Shown in pieces: positions 48,562 to 59,697 of a stretch of 64,000 bases of DNA. Source of the stretch: Protoeuglena noctilucae (lineage: Eukaryota); contig OY253670.1 of the NCBI GenBank assembly GCA_958009085.1, positions 558,001 through 622,000 on the forward strand. Direction: 5' to 3'. The notes below the pieces were generated by a model. It was not told the origin of the DNA. It made no database searches and saw nothing but the letters and a program-made list of their open reading frames with translations. Made by a program: the position numbers and the translations under genes. Positions within the stretch are counted from its first letter, which is position 1; each line of letters starts with the position of its first letter.

Positions 48562-50615
48562 ATGGCGTCCTGTCGCGCATCCACGCGTCCCCTGTGGGGG
48601 CGCGCTTGCCCTACTACACACTCCGGCCCTGGAGCGCGCCGGGCCGCGCCCTGCATGGACTTCCTGCATCCCGGAGAGTTCCTTGCACCTGACGACGATG
48701 AGCTGGCGTTCGAGAGAGCGATACCTTGCTCCGTCCGCAGTGGGGACGCTCGTCACGGGGGACGATGGCGGGGCCGACCGTGTCCAGGTGACCGAGGCGG
48801 TCGCGGAGCAGGAGGACGCGTCCGAAGCCGCGGCTGGGCCGTCGCCTAGGTCGTCGTGGTCGCTTTGGAGCCCGCTGGACAGGGACGTGGTGGTGAACGC
48901 CCTCGCTGCGGCAGGCGCATCCGTGGGTGAGCCCCGCCGCCCCCCAGCAGCCCCGGCAGTGCGCCCAACGCGTCGCATACGCATGCATCGATGTGTCGGC
49001 TTACCTGACTACCTGCGCCCGCACCGCAGCGGACCCTCTCATGTCGCTCGTGGACACGGCGTTTGTGGCACGCCTCGGCACCGTGCACCTCGCGAGCCTG
49101 GGACCCAACGCGGCGCTGTACAACATGATCTTCTTCATTTCTTTCATGGTAAGCCGAGGGCGGGGCCCTGGCCGCTTCCCCGCTGCCAGAGTCGGGCTGC
49201 CCGAACCCCGCCCGCTCCTGCCCCCGTCCCAGGCCATGGCGGTGGTGACGACGGATCAGATGGCGTCGGCCAACAGCAAGGGCGACGTGCGTGGGGTGGG
49301 CCGCGCCTTCTTCACCAGCGCAACCACGTCCCTGCTCGTGGGCCTGGTGTGCTGCGCGGCGATCGTCGCCTTCCCCGAGGCCATCCTTCGGGGGTTCTTC
49401 CAGGTCAACGACGAGATGATGGGCCCGGCCAAGGTCTACGCCGTCATCCGGGCCCTCTCCATCCCCGCCTCGCTCATGATGGTCACGTGCCAGGCCGCCT
49501 TCCGCGCCCTGCTCGACCTCCGCACGCCCCTCCTGGTCGTCATCGCCGCCGGCTTCGTCAACCTGGTCCTCGACCCCCTCATGATGTTCAACATGGGCAT
49601 GGGCATGGCCGGCGCTGCCTGGGCCACGACCATCTCCCAGTACATTGGCGCGGTCGCCTTCTTCGTGCTCCTCTACCGCCGGCGCCGCGAGTTCGGCCTC
49701 GACTCCGCCCTCCAGGAGTGCCAGGTTCGCGTCCGCGGCGCTCCGTCGGGGGGTTTCCTGTCCCAGTACAGCTGCCTGCTGACCGACCTCGACTGGGGGA
49801 CCTTCACGCGCCGCTGCCGCACCCTGGCCTTGCGTGCGGTGCTCATCCTGTCCACCTACACCATGGCGTCCATCACGGCCACCAACCTGGGCACGCGCGT
49901 CATCGCCGCGCACCAGGTCATTAACCAGCTCCAGCAGCTCCAGCTCAACGTGACGTGGGCCTTCCTGTCCGTCGGCCAGACCATGACCGCCAACGTCTAC
50001 GGCGGCAAGGGAGGGGCCAAGGCGGCACGCGTGGTGGCCAACCGCGTCGTCTTCTGGGGCGCCGCCACCTCCGCCATCCTCGGCATTGTCACCTGGAGCC
50101 TGCGCGACTTTCTGCCCCTCGTGTTTGTCCAGGCAAGCGCTTGTATGCCCCACGCATGTACCATGCCGCACCGCTCACCAGCCGGCGTGTGGCGTTCGAC
50201 ATCCAGTCCGCAGCCTGCCTCATGCGTTCCGGCACTGTCTCCTGAGCATGTCAGGAGCATTGTGAGCGTGTCGCAGGGTGCGTTGTGAGCACGTGCCACC
50301 CCGCGTCCTCCTCCTGTTCCGCAGGACCCCGCTGTGCTGGCGATTCTGCGCACGGCCATGCTCCCCGCCTGCGCCATGCTGGCCTTCTCCTGGAACAACG
50401 CCCTCGAGGGGTGCCTGCTTGGGGCGGACGACCAGGGGTATGTGGTGGGCACCTACCCCTGGGCCGTGTCGGCGGGCCTCATTGTGCTGGCGGCATCGTA
50501 CAAGCTAGGGTACGGACTCCCCGGCATCTGGTGGTCCCTCACGGCCTATTACATCGCGCTGGTGACGTCGTTCGGGTCGCGATTCGTGGTGCCGTGGAAC
50601 CGCGGCAACCTGTGA
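48562..50615 (+). CDS. MATE/DTX-family efflux transporter (DinF/DTX44-47-like), probably plastid-targeted
   Basis: AADPLMSLVDTAFVARLGTVHLASLGP, YAVIRALSIPA, QAAFRALLDLRTPL, NLVLDPLMMFNMGMGMAGAAWATTISQY, IAAHQV, LEGCLLGADD and GLPGIWWSL. The start codon and first exon are uncertain. Confidence 0.92.
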
Positions 50616-50804
50616 CCCATCTTTTTGCTTTCTTTTTTTACCGTCGCCTTCTCGACGCTCCCTATGCGGCTGCCCGGACGTGCGCCCCGGTGATGTTGCG
50701 GGTGTCCTCTGTGGCAGCCGCTCCCACCACTCTATCATGGCGACAGCGGTGCCCCCCGCGCTTTCCTCGCGCTCATTCAAACTCGACTACCCTGCCCGTC
50801 CACT

Positions 50805-52072
50805 TCACTTGCACCTGTCCAACGTCTGCAGCGCCTGAGTCAGGTAGGACCGTGCTGCCGCCACATCGTCAAAGTCCAGCGCGCTGACAGCGTGCTTGGC
50901 GAACCGCCGGGCCTCGGCCACCGCGGAGAGCGCCGACGGGGGTGGACTGGGCCTGTAAGACATCGTAGGGGGCTCCGACACAGCCTGGGGCGCAAAAGAG
51001 AGAACGTCGGTGTCGGCATTGCCTCGGTACCCGAGGGTGCCGGTGGCGCACGGCGTGCAGGTAGCGGCTCGCACCGGCGGGTGGAAGGGCATTGCGGGGG
51101 CAGGGGCTTGGGGTGGCGGTGCCTGGCTGAAGGACGTGGGGTAGGAAGAGGGCTGGGGGGGCTGGGGTGGCGGGGCGGAGCGGGGGTCGGCGCCGGCGAA
51201 GAAAGGCGGCGGCGGGGGGCGCGGGACGGGCGGGTCACGACTCGCGTCGTGCATGGGCGGCTGGGGGAAGGCCGATGCCTCGGCCTCGCCACGTGAGCCA
51301 CGGTCCGTCCCGGGCACAGACGCGGTGCCGTCGCTCGGGCGCGACGACGCCGCTCCCGGGCCAGGGGCGCCCGCCGCTGCGCTCTCCTCGCCCGCACCGC
51401 CCGGCGTCGGCTGGCGCCCCTCGCGGATGGCCTTGCGGATGTCAGCGGCCTTCCAGAGAGAGTACCGTGCCTTCTTCACCAGCTCGTCGGGCAGCTCCCC
51501 GAAGGTCTCCAGCGCTTGGATGAAATAAACCGCGGCGTAGAACGTCTTGGCCGTCGATTCGGTCGCTGCACCCGCGCGGTCCACGCGGTCCGCCTTGTCA
51601 AAGATCTCCATGGCGAAGCGCTCCATCTCCAGGTGGTCCGCCTCACGGTCCAGCTTGCCCAGAGTCGCACGTTGGGTCTCCATCTGCTCAATGACTGCGC
51701 GAAGGGTGCGGGGAGCCGCAGAAGTTCGGCGCGGCCCCTCTCCGGTACCATGCCCCTCGCATCGCGTCCCGGGAAACGAGCAACGCGTTCTGGCCGCTGC
51801 GTATCAACGACGTGGATCTCGCCTGTCTCAAGGAGCTTTTGCAGCTCTGGCGAGCGATCCTCGACCTTCAGGCCCTGGGACACGACGAACTCGCGCAGGT
51901 AGAAGGCCACCTGCGCCCAGCGCGCGGAATCTTCACCCCTCACCCAGGAGACGCGAGAAGAGGGCGCATGAGCGCAGCGAGGGGGCGTAGGGCTCGCCTT
52001 GGGCTTCAGCTTGGCCACTTCTGCGGCCCTTTGGAGGAAGGGCTGCAGCCCCTTGACCTCCGGGTCGCCCAT
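50805..52072 (-). CDS. VTA1: ESCRT/Vps4 cofactor VTA1/LIP5
   Basis: MIT region LQPFLQRAAEV...VAFYLREFVVSQGLK...FAMEIFDKADRVDRAG...TAKTFYAAVYFIQALETFGEL...KARYSLWKAADIRKAIREGRQPTPG, then a Pro-rich linker and VSL domain AEARRFAKHAVSALDFDDVAAARSYLTQAL. Confidence 0.95.
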
Positions 52073-52479
52073 CTCCAGCAGGACCCACACGCAGCTCAAT
52101 CAGAGCAGTCGGGGAAGGTCTCGCAGTGACGCTCAGGACGGTCCTGAGCGGGCAGCGCTCGGGGCACGTCAACCTCAACACGCAGCGGCCTGAGCAGAGG
52201 AATTGGCCACGCTTGATACGCCAGCGATTGCTACGGTAGCTCTCTGTAATCCCCGGATGCTGGGCAGAACCCAATTGAGCCCGCGGCCGGCCCCGCGGCC
52301 TCACCGCGCCCAGCGTGCCAGCGAAACGTCACAAACTCTTCGTTTCGGCAGTTGCTCGAGGGCTGGACAGCATAACGAGCTGAGGCCAGAGCACAGAAAC
52401 CTTCTCGCGGGTCATGAAGCGAGGATTGTAGCACAGCGACACTTGTGGTGCATGCAATCGGTCTCTACACAGAGCTGCC

Positions 52480-53688
52480 ATGAAGAGAATCGTGTCGCTG
52501 CTGCCATCCGCGACGGACACGATAGTAGCGGTGCGGAGGGTGCCTGCGCCAGCCGCGAACGGGAAGCACGGGCGCGAGATGCACGCAAACAAGTCCCTCT
52601 CGCCCCCCCACCTCGCGCAGCTCGGCATCAGCGACTGGGTCGTCGCGCGATCCCACGAGTGCGACCAACCTGAGGTGTGCGGGGCGCGGGTGCTGACATC
52701 AAGCAAGCTCGGGGCCCCTGGCGCCTCCACGGCGGACGTCGACGCGGACTGGGCCGCCAGCGGAGTGCAGACGTTCGAGTTCGAGGCGCTCGGGCGCCAG
52801 GCATTGCTGCCGTGGCTTGAGTTCAACCTCGGTGAGTTTTCAAGACCGGACGTCTTGGTGCGATGACCTCCCATCGCGCTGTGCATGGCAGGGAGGTTCG
52901 CACGCCGATTCCCAGGCTCTGTATGGACCCCGCCAGAGGCACGCCAGTTGTCCGTCGCAGGGGTGTACCGTACGGACCTGGACGCGCTGCGGGAGTGCGA
53001 GCCGGACGTCGTGCTGACGCAAGTTCAGGGCCTGGGCGTGCTGGGGGGCGACACGGTCAGGGAGGTGGAGCGGGCTGTGTCGGACTGGGCGGGGCGGCCG
53101 GTCGAGGTCGTGCACCTCGCAGCGAACTCTCTGGAAGAGGCCATGGAGGACGTGTCTCGGGTCGCCTCGGCGGCGGGGATGCCGGAGGAGGGCCGGGCGC
53201 TGGTGGCGTCGCTGCGATGGAGGATGCGTGCGGCACAGGACGCCGCGCGGGGCCGCCCCGTGCGCCGGCTGGCGTGCGTGCAGTGGCCCGACCCGCTGTA
53301 CGCCGCGGGGGCGTGGGTGCCGGAGCTCGTGCACATGGCGGGCGCAGAGGACGTCCTGGCTGCGACTGCGGAGGCCCGAGGGGGCCAAGTGGACGAAGAG
53401 GACGTCGTCCGGGGCAAGCCCGACGTGCTGCTGCTGGCGATCTGCGGGGTGGGCTTGCGGGAGAACAAGCAGCACGCGCGCAACCTCGCGCGGAGGCTCG
53501 CGCCGCTGATGCCAGGCGCACAGTCCACGTGCCTGTCCGCTGGCCTCGCGGCCTGCGACGGCCTGCGCACGCTGTCGCGCCCGGGCCCTCTCCTCGCGGA
53601 CGCCCTTGAGATGCTGGTGGAGATGCTGCACCCCGAGGCCCAGGGATACGGCCGCAGGGGCACCGACTGGGACTGGGTTGCTGCCTGA
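52480..53688 (+). CDS. BtuF/TroA-like (periplasmic binding protein type 3) cobalamin/Fe-siderophore-binding protein; 2 introns, no signal peptide
   Basis: MKRIVSLLPSATDTIVALGISDWVVARSHECDQP...VYRTDLDALRECEPDVVLTQ...LACVQWPDPLYAAGAWVPELVHMAGAEDVL...PDVLLLAICG...DGLRTLSRPGPLLADALEMLVEMLHPE. Confidence 0.85.
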
Positions 53689-53835
53689 GCAAGCACTATG
53701 TTTGAACGGTTACTGCTGTATAAGATTAAAATAACTACATGGAACGGGCAAGTATTGACCCAAATGGCTGCCTGGCCTATGGATTCTCATTGCTGCTAAG
53801 AAAATATGAGTAAGATAGACATTGGTGGTACTATC

Positions 53836-55095
53836 TTACGCCCGTAGCTGCTTGTCAAGCGCTTCCAGGAGCTCCCTGCGCTTCTCCCACTGCTGCACCT
53901 GCTCCAAGAGCTTGTCCTTGACCAGGGCGATCTCCGCGAAACACTGCTCGATCGCCGGGACGAGCTTGGCTAGGTCGGCCTTGACTGGGGCCTCGCGACT
54001 CTGCACCAGCTCCACCACCGCCGCGCCCAGCCGCTCCCCCTCCTCCTCCAACCGCTTGATCTTGTCTCGGCGCACGGATATCTCCCCCGCCACCTCCTCG
54101 AGCCGCAGCTGGCACAGGGCGCGCTGCTCGTCCACCCCCCCGGGGCAACCATGGGCGGCCAGGGCGGCGCAGATGGGGGGAGGCCCGCCGGGAAAGGGCG
54201 GCGCCGCACGGTGCTCCTCCGTCCACGACGCCATCCGCGTCGGCGGGGTGGGCGGGGTGACGTACTTGGTCGGCGGAGGCGTGGGGGACCCCAAGGCGTC
54301 TCCCGTCACGTCGCCCTCGCCAGGCACGTTCACAAAGCCCGGGCAGGACCGCTCGTGGTTGTCGACAAACTCGCGGAGGAGCCATCGGCGGCAACGCTGG
54401 CAGCGCGCGAGCTCGCCGCGCTCCGCCAAATGCCGACGCAGCCACTGGACATGCTCGTCGTAGAGCCGGACGGCCAGGTCACACAACTCCTTTGGCGTCT
54501 CTTGCGCGGCGTGCGTGAACAGGCACTTCTTGCCCCGGCACGTGTACCCATTGCAGGGCAGAACGCCGCGGTAGTTGGGGTGCTTGGGGTGATGGAGCGG
54601 GCGCACCAGGAATGTCCCATCCGGGCCCTCAACGGCCCTGGCCTCGGGCGGGTGCCGGTAATAGCAGCCCGGGTTGGCGCAGAATCTGCGGTGAAGGGGG
54701 GAGGCGAAGGGGAGGGGGTGAGGAAGAACTGGGGAGGGCGCGGATCGAAGCACGCGCGGGGGCGATTGAAACCAGGGCAAGCAGATGGGCAGCTCACCCG
54801 AAGCCGCGCTGCACTGACTGGCACAACATAGCATGCTTGTTCTCCTCGTGCGTCGCATCTACAGCAGTCGCGTCGTGCCTTGGGGCCGTCGACTCCCGGG
54901 AGCGCGATGGGACAGCCCGCCAGTCACCATCCGATCCGGTATGGTGAACGAGAGCGCCCTGAGGGGAAAGGAGATGAAAGAGAGCGCTCTGTGGGATGGG
55001 ACATTCATCCTGGCGGCGACGCTTCGCGAATCTCGGGGTCACATCGCGCTTCGTGCTCCGATGGCCGAAAAGGCACCCACCCCCGCCCTCACCAT
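53836..55095 (-). CDS. Zinc-finger protein: two CCCH-type fingers, one C2HC-type finger and a C-terminal coiled coil
   Basis: Spliced CQSVQRGFGFCANPGCYYRH, CNGYTCRGKKCLFTH, CQRCRRWLLREFVDNHERSC and a heptad-rich C-terminus. The first coding exon appears to be only the ATG (55093-55095). Confidence 0.6.
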
Positions 55096-55486
55096 GCTGC
55101 TGCTATGATAACGTGAATGTATATCGCACGCGCGTGCGTCGGGGCTGGCTGGGAGCTGCGCGCGATGCGACGGCGCGCGCGTAGAGCCGTAGGATGGCGT
55201 GATGAAGCCGGATATGTACAAAGAACAATCGTGCGGGCGAAAACTGACCCTCATCGACGACGACGAGGCTGTTCCTGCGCCGCGCACTGTCCGACCCAAG
55301 CGTCAGTAGGGTAGTACAAGCCCGCGCCTTCTTGCCCCTGCCCGCGTCAGAGGAAGAACAGCTCGAATAGATGGAACGGAAAACCGCAGATTCTACCACT
55401 GGCAGGAGCTCTGGACACCGCGCGCCGAGCAGCATCAGCACAGCGTGGCGGTTTCGGCGGGAGGCCCTGCGGGCGCGCGCGGCGAG

Positions 55487-57027
55487 ATGGGGGACGGCCT
55501 GCCGGGGCCGTCCTCGTCCGGGGCGAGGGGTGAAAATGCACCCTGGATCGAAAAGTACCGGCCTAGCAAGCTGGACGAGGTCGCTGCGCACACCGAGATC
55601 ATTGCGACAAGTGAGCGCGAGGCATTCGCCGTCGCGCGATGCGCGCATCGGCGCTGCGTGGAGAAGAGTCTTATCTCGCGTCCGTGTCCCGCAGTCAAGC
55701 GGTTCATGAACGAGGACCGGCTCCCACACCTCCTCTTTTACGGGCCGCCCGGGACGGGCAAGACCTCGACCATCCTCGCCCTGGCGCGCGAGATGTACGG
55801 GTCGCGTGTTGGTAATATGGTTCTGGAGCTGAACGCGTCGGACGACAGGGGCATCGGGGTCGTGCGGCAGGAGATACAGGATTTCGCCTCGACGATGCTC
55901 ATGGTGGGGCGCCACCGCTTCCGCGAGAGCGCGCTCCCGGCATTGCGCCGCCGCGCTGGGAGCCCGCGGATGCGTTCCTCTCCGCAGTTCGCTGGGAAAG
56001 CCCTGAAGCTGGTCATCCTGGACGAGTGCGACGCCATGACCAAGGACGCGCAGTTCGCGCTGCGCAGGGTCATCGAGAAGTACTCGCGCAACACGCGCTT
56101 CTGTCTCATTTGCAACTACGCCTCCAAGATCATCCCCGCGCTGCAGTCGCGCTGCACCCGGTTCCGCTTCGCGCCGCTCCCTGAGACCTTTGTCCGCAAC
56201 AGGCGAGGCAGCAGCCCGGGCAGGGCGCCGGGCGGGGCGCCGCGTTGCGGGATGACCGGCCTCGCGGTGCCGCGACGCAGGGTGGAGCACGTGTGCCAGG
56301 TGGAAGGCGTGAAGATTGACGGCCCCGGGCTGGACGCGGTCGTGCGGCTGGGCGCCGGCGACATGCGCCGCACACTCAACATCCTCCAGTCGACCGCGAT
56401 GGCCGAGAACGACGCCGGGGGCGCGATCACCGAGCGGGCCGTCTACTCCAACACCGGTGGGCCAGCATGAAGCGCCTGTGCCTGCCGCAGTCGTCCCAGC
56501 CCGGACCATTGGCCCTGCGCCAGCTCGGACCCAGACCCGCATCGGCCACACCCTGCCCGCAGACAACCCCCTCCCGGCGGACATCAAGGCAGTCGCCCGG
56601 TCTCTGCTGAACGACACCTTCACCGGTTGCATGGAGGCCGTGCAGAAGCTCCAGATCGACAAGGGCGTCGCCCTCGTGGACGTCGTCAGGTGCGCCTTTC
56701 CTCTCAGAGACGGGCCGCTCCTGAGCCAGCCGCTGTGATCACAGCGGCTCCCAGTGCACGCGCCGGGCCGCTCGAGACTTTCTGGGCGCCCGACATCGAT
56801 GCGTCGCCGTGGCAGTGATGGGCCAGGCCACGGGCGTCGATGTCCGCAGGGAGCTCCTGCCGCACGTGACGTCGATATCCATGCCGCCCAGCGCAAAGGC
56901 GGACCTCGTGGAGCACATGGCCGAGATCGAGTACCGCCTCGCCTTTGGGACGAACGATGGCATACAGCTCGGGGCTCTCGTGGGTGCCTTCGTGGAGGCG
57001 CGGCAGGCGGTCGTGGCTTCCGTGTAA
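55487..57027 (+). CDS. RFC5: Replication factor C small subunit (human RFC5 / yeast Rfc3 orthologue)
   Basis: PWIEKYRP, LPHLLFYGPPGTGKTSTILA, VLELNASDDRGIGVVR, KLVILDECDAMTKDAQFALRRVIEKY, IIPALQSRCTRFRFAPL, GDMRRTLNILQS and IEYRLAFG. Confidence 0.95.
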
Positions 57028-57302
57028 GGGTGCTTTAAGGGTCATGCGCTACGGCAGAGCAACAGCTGCGCTGGTCCGGAGGACAAAAGCGACTGGCGGG
57101 AATTCTGCTACTCTTTGCTGGGCCCAGGCATCACACACAGACGGGCCCTGGAAGGCTGCTATCATAGAGAACCGGGGTGCGCGGTTGGTTCTAACGTGGC
57201 TCCACAGGCGCTGCACCCAAATCAAACCAACAGCGCTGCGTGGTTAGGGTCACGATTGCGGCACCAAAGTGCCTGTAGCGGGGCTCGTGCCCCCTGCGTC
57301 GC

Positions 57303-59045
57303 CTACATGAAATCGTCGGGGAAGGGCTGGATGCCCATGCCCGCAATGCCGTTGCGCACGTCGTCGCAGTCCGCCAGAACGTCCAGGCATTCCAGCAGAG
57401 ACAAGAGGTCCTGGTCCCCCATGTCGTCGATGAAGGTCGATATCGGGACGGCGTTCTGCGCGAGAAAGAGCGCATCAGGCAGTCGGGTCCCGACCACACA
57501 CCACCCAGCCAGGAGCGCAACGGGCCAGAGGCTGGCGGAGTTGGCATACGCACGATCCCGTACGGCGCCTTCGCAAGCGCGGCGGCGCTCGCCTCGGGCT
57601 GGAAGATGTACGAGTGGGGCGAGTTGTCGACAATGATCGTCTTGCTGAGCTCCCGGCCCAGGCAAAGGAGGTTCTTCACGTAGTTTCCCTCGAACGGCTG
57701 GCATGCCTCGCGGAAGAGGCGCCACCGGACCACCTTGGACACATCCAGGAGGTCCAGCAGAGGGTCCGCGTACTTGGCGAGGGACGCGGTGAACACGACG
57801 ACCTGCGGGCGGCGGCGCAAGGCGTGAGCAGCGCGAGGGCGGGCGCGCCGCCGGGTCCATCACGCAGTGCGTCATCGCTGACCTCGAACTTGGCTCCCAC
57901 GTGCCGCAGGAACTCATCCAAATGCGGCCGCTTCAGAACATAGACGTCCAACACCCGCCCGTCGATGTCCACCGGTATGATGTAGTCGGCGTCGGCGACG
58001 GGCTTGAAACTCGAGTGGACCAGCGTCTCGTCCAGGTCCAGCACCTGCGCGAGCGCCACGGCCAGCCCCAACCGTCAGCGCCAACCGTCAGCGTCAACCG
58101 GCCATGCGCTTGCCCGGGCCGTCCCAAACGCGGCCGCGGCGCTTGCATGCAGCGGCTGCACCGTACCAGGGTCTTCTTCTTCCGGTCCATCTCGTGCGCG
58201 GGGCCGATGACGCAGTTGGGGTAGCCCGCCCAGCGCTCGCCCTCCGAGGGGATGGGCACGCCCCGGGGAATCCAGCCCGCGGAGCCGGCCGGCGTCGACG
58301 ACGAGGCGGTGAAGACCAAGCGCGCCCGCCCGGGTGCCACGTCGACCGAGTAAATGATGGGGTTGGCCGAGGCCGGGGGCGGGGCCGGGGCCTCCAGGTC
58401 CCGATCGTCGTCCGCAGAGAAGTCCCGCATGCCCCGGGCCTCGGCGTGGGATCGCGGGGAGTTGATCAGATCGCGGATGGGGGCCTGAGGGGCCACGGCC
58501 ACGGCGATGTGCGGCTGCGGCTTGCCGTCCGCGTCCAGTGCGCGGTGGCCCCCGAGCTCGGCCTCCGTGGCGTCGCGATTGAACTCCGTGTCTGCGGATG
58601 GAGGAGCGCGGTCCTTTCCGCGAGCCGCAGCGGGTATCCCAATGCGCAAGCACGGCCCGGCGCGCGGCTCACCATCGCCGTTGCCGTTGTTCCAGTCGTC
58701 GTACCCTCCCCGCTGCGCCCGCGGCATGAGGCAGCACAGCATGCGGGCAAACCATCCCTTGTTGCTATTTTGACGAGGACGTTCCATCTCCCCCTTGCTC
58801 CAGCCCTTCGGGCCACTTCCAGGCCCGGGCCCAGACCGCTCGTCAACCTGTGCTACGACCTGCGGTCGCGGAGGTGCCGAGTGACCGCGGCGAGCCACCG
58901 AGGTTCGTGCATCGATGAAGCGGACCCGCGGGCGTGCGAGCGGGGCGGCGGGCCCCCGGCGCGCGGCACCGACCTTGTCGACACTCGACGAGCTTTCACC
59001 GTCCTCCGTCGCCTGACCCTCCGGCAGGACCTCCACCGGCGCCAT
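57303..59045 (-). CDS. CTDSP: CTD small phosphatase (SCP/CTDSP/Psr1, NIF/HAD family)
   Basis: [88 protein letters not shown]-terminal VVAQV and MLCCL (palmitoylation-like) motifs. Confidence 0.93.
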
Positions 59046-59697
59046 AAGCGGCGGCTCTGCGATGACAAGGGAGACACGGCGTGGGAGGCCTTTGACGCGC
59101 CGTGGGCCCGAAAAGGTGCGAAGACGGGGCCGGGGCAGGTGGAGGGGCAAAAAGGCCAAACGTCTGCCGCGAAGAGCGCGTGCACCCCACCAGCAACAAG
59201 GCGTCAAGTACTGCGCCACAAGTCCGCGCGGGGGTCGGTCGGCGGAGCCTCCCCGGACGGGAGCCGTGGGCGGGACAGCGCTGCAGCAACTGCCCATGCG
59301 TAGTGTGAGGCCTTGCGCTGCTGCCTGCAGATCAGCCGAACCTCTCGCAAGCGACGGAAAGCGAGGAGCTACCGCGAGGGGGTTGTGAACAGACGACAGA
59401 CGAATTGTTCAGGGCCTGGGCAGGCACGGATGGCGCAGAGCACGGTCCGCCGCGTCGGTCCATCGACTACGTCGTGCGTGGATTCCCGGGCGCCCTCAGC
59501 ACCGGCGCGGTTGCCCTTGTCGGGCCGGACGTCAGGCCCCGCCATGTCAGTCGGCGATTTTCTCGCAGCGATTGCCGGGCAAGGCAGGCCTGCGCTTTCC
59601 ATTTGCGGTTTAGAGATCCCCCGCGTGCCAACCGCACGCGCATCGTCGCCGGCACCCAAGAGACCTGCCGGGCCCTGGCCCGGCGAGCGGAGCCAGG

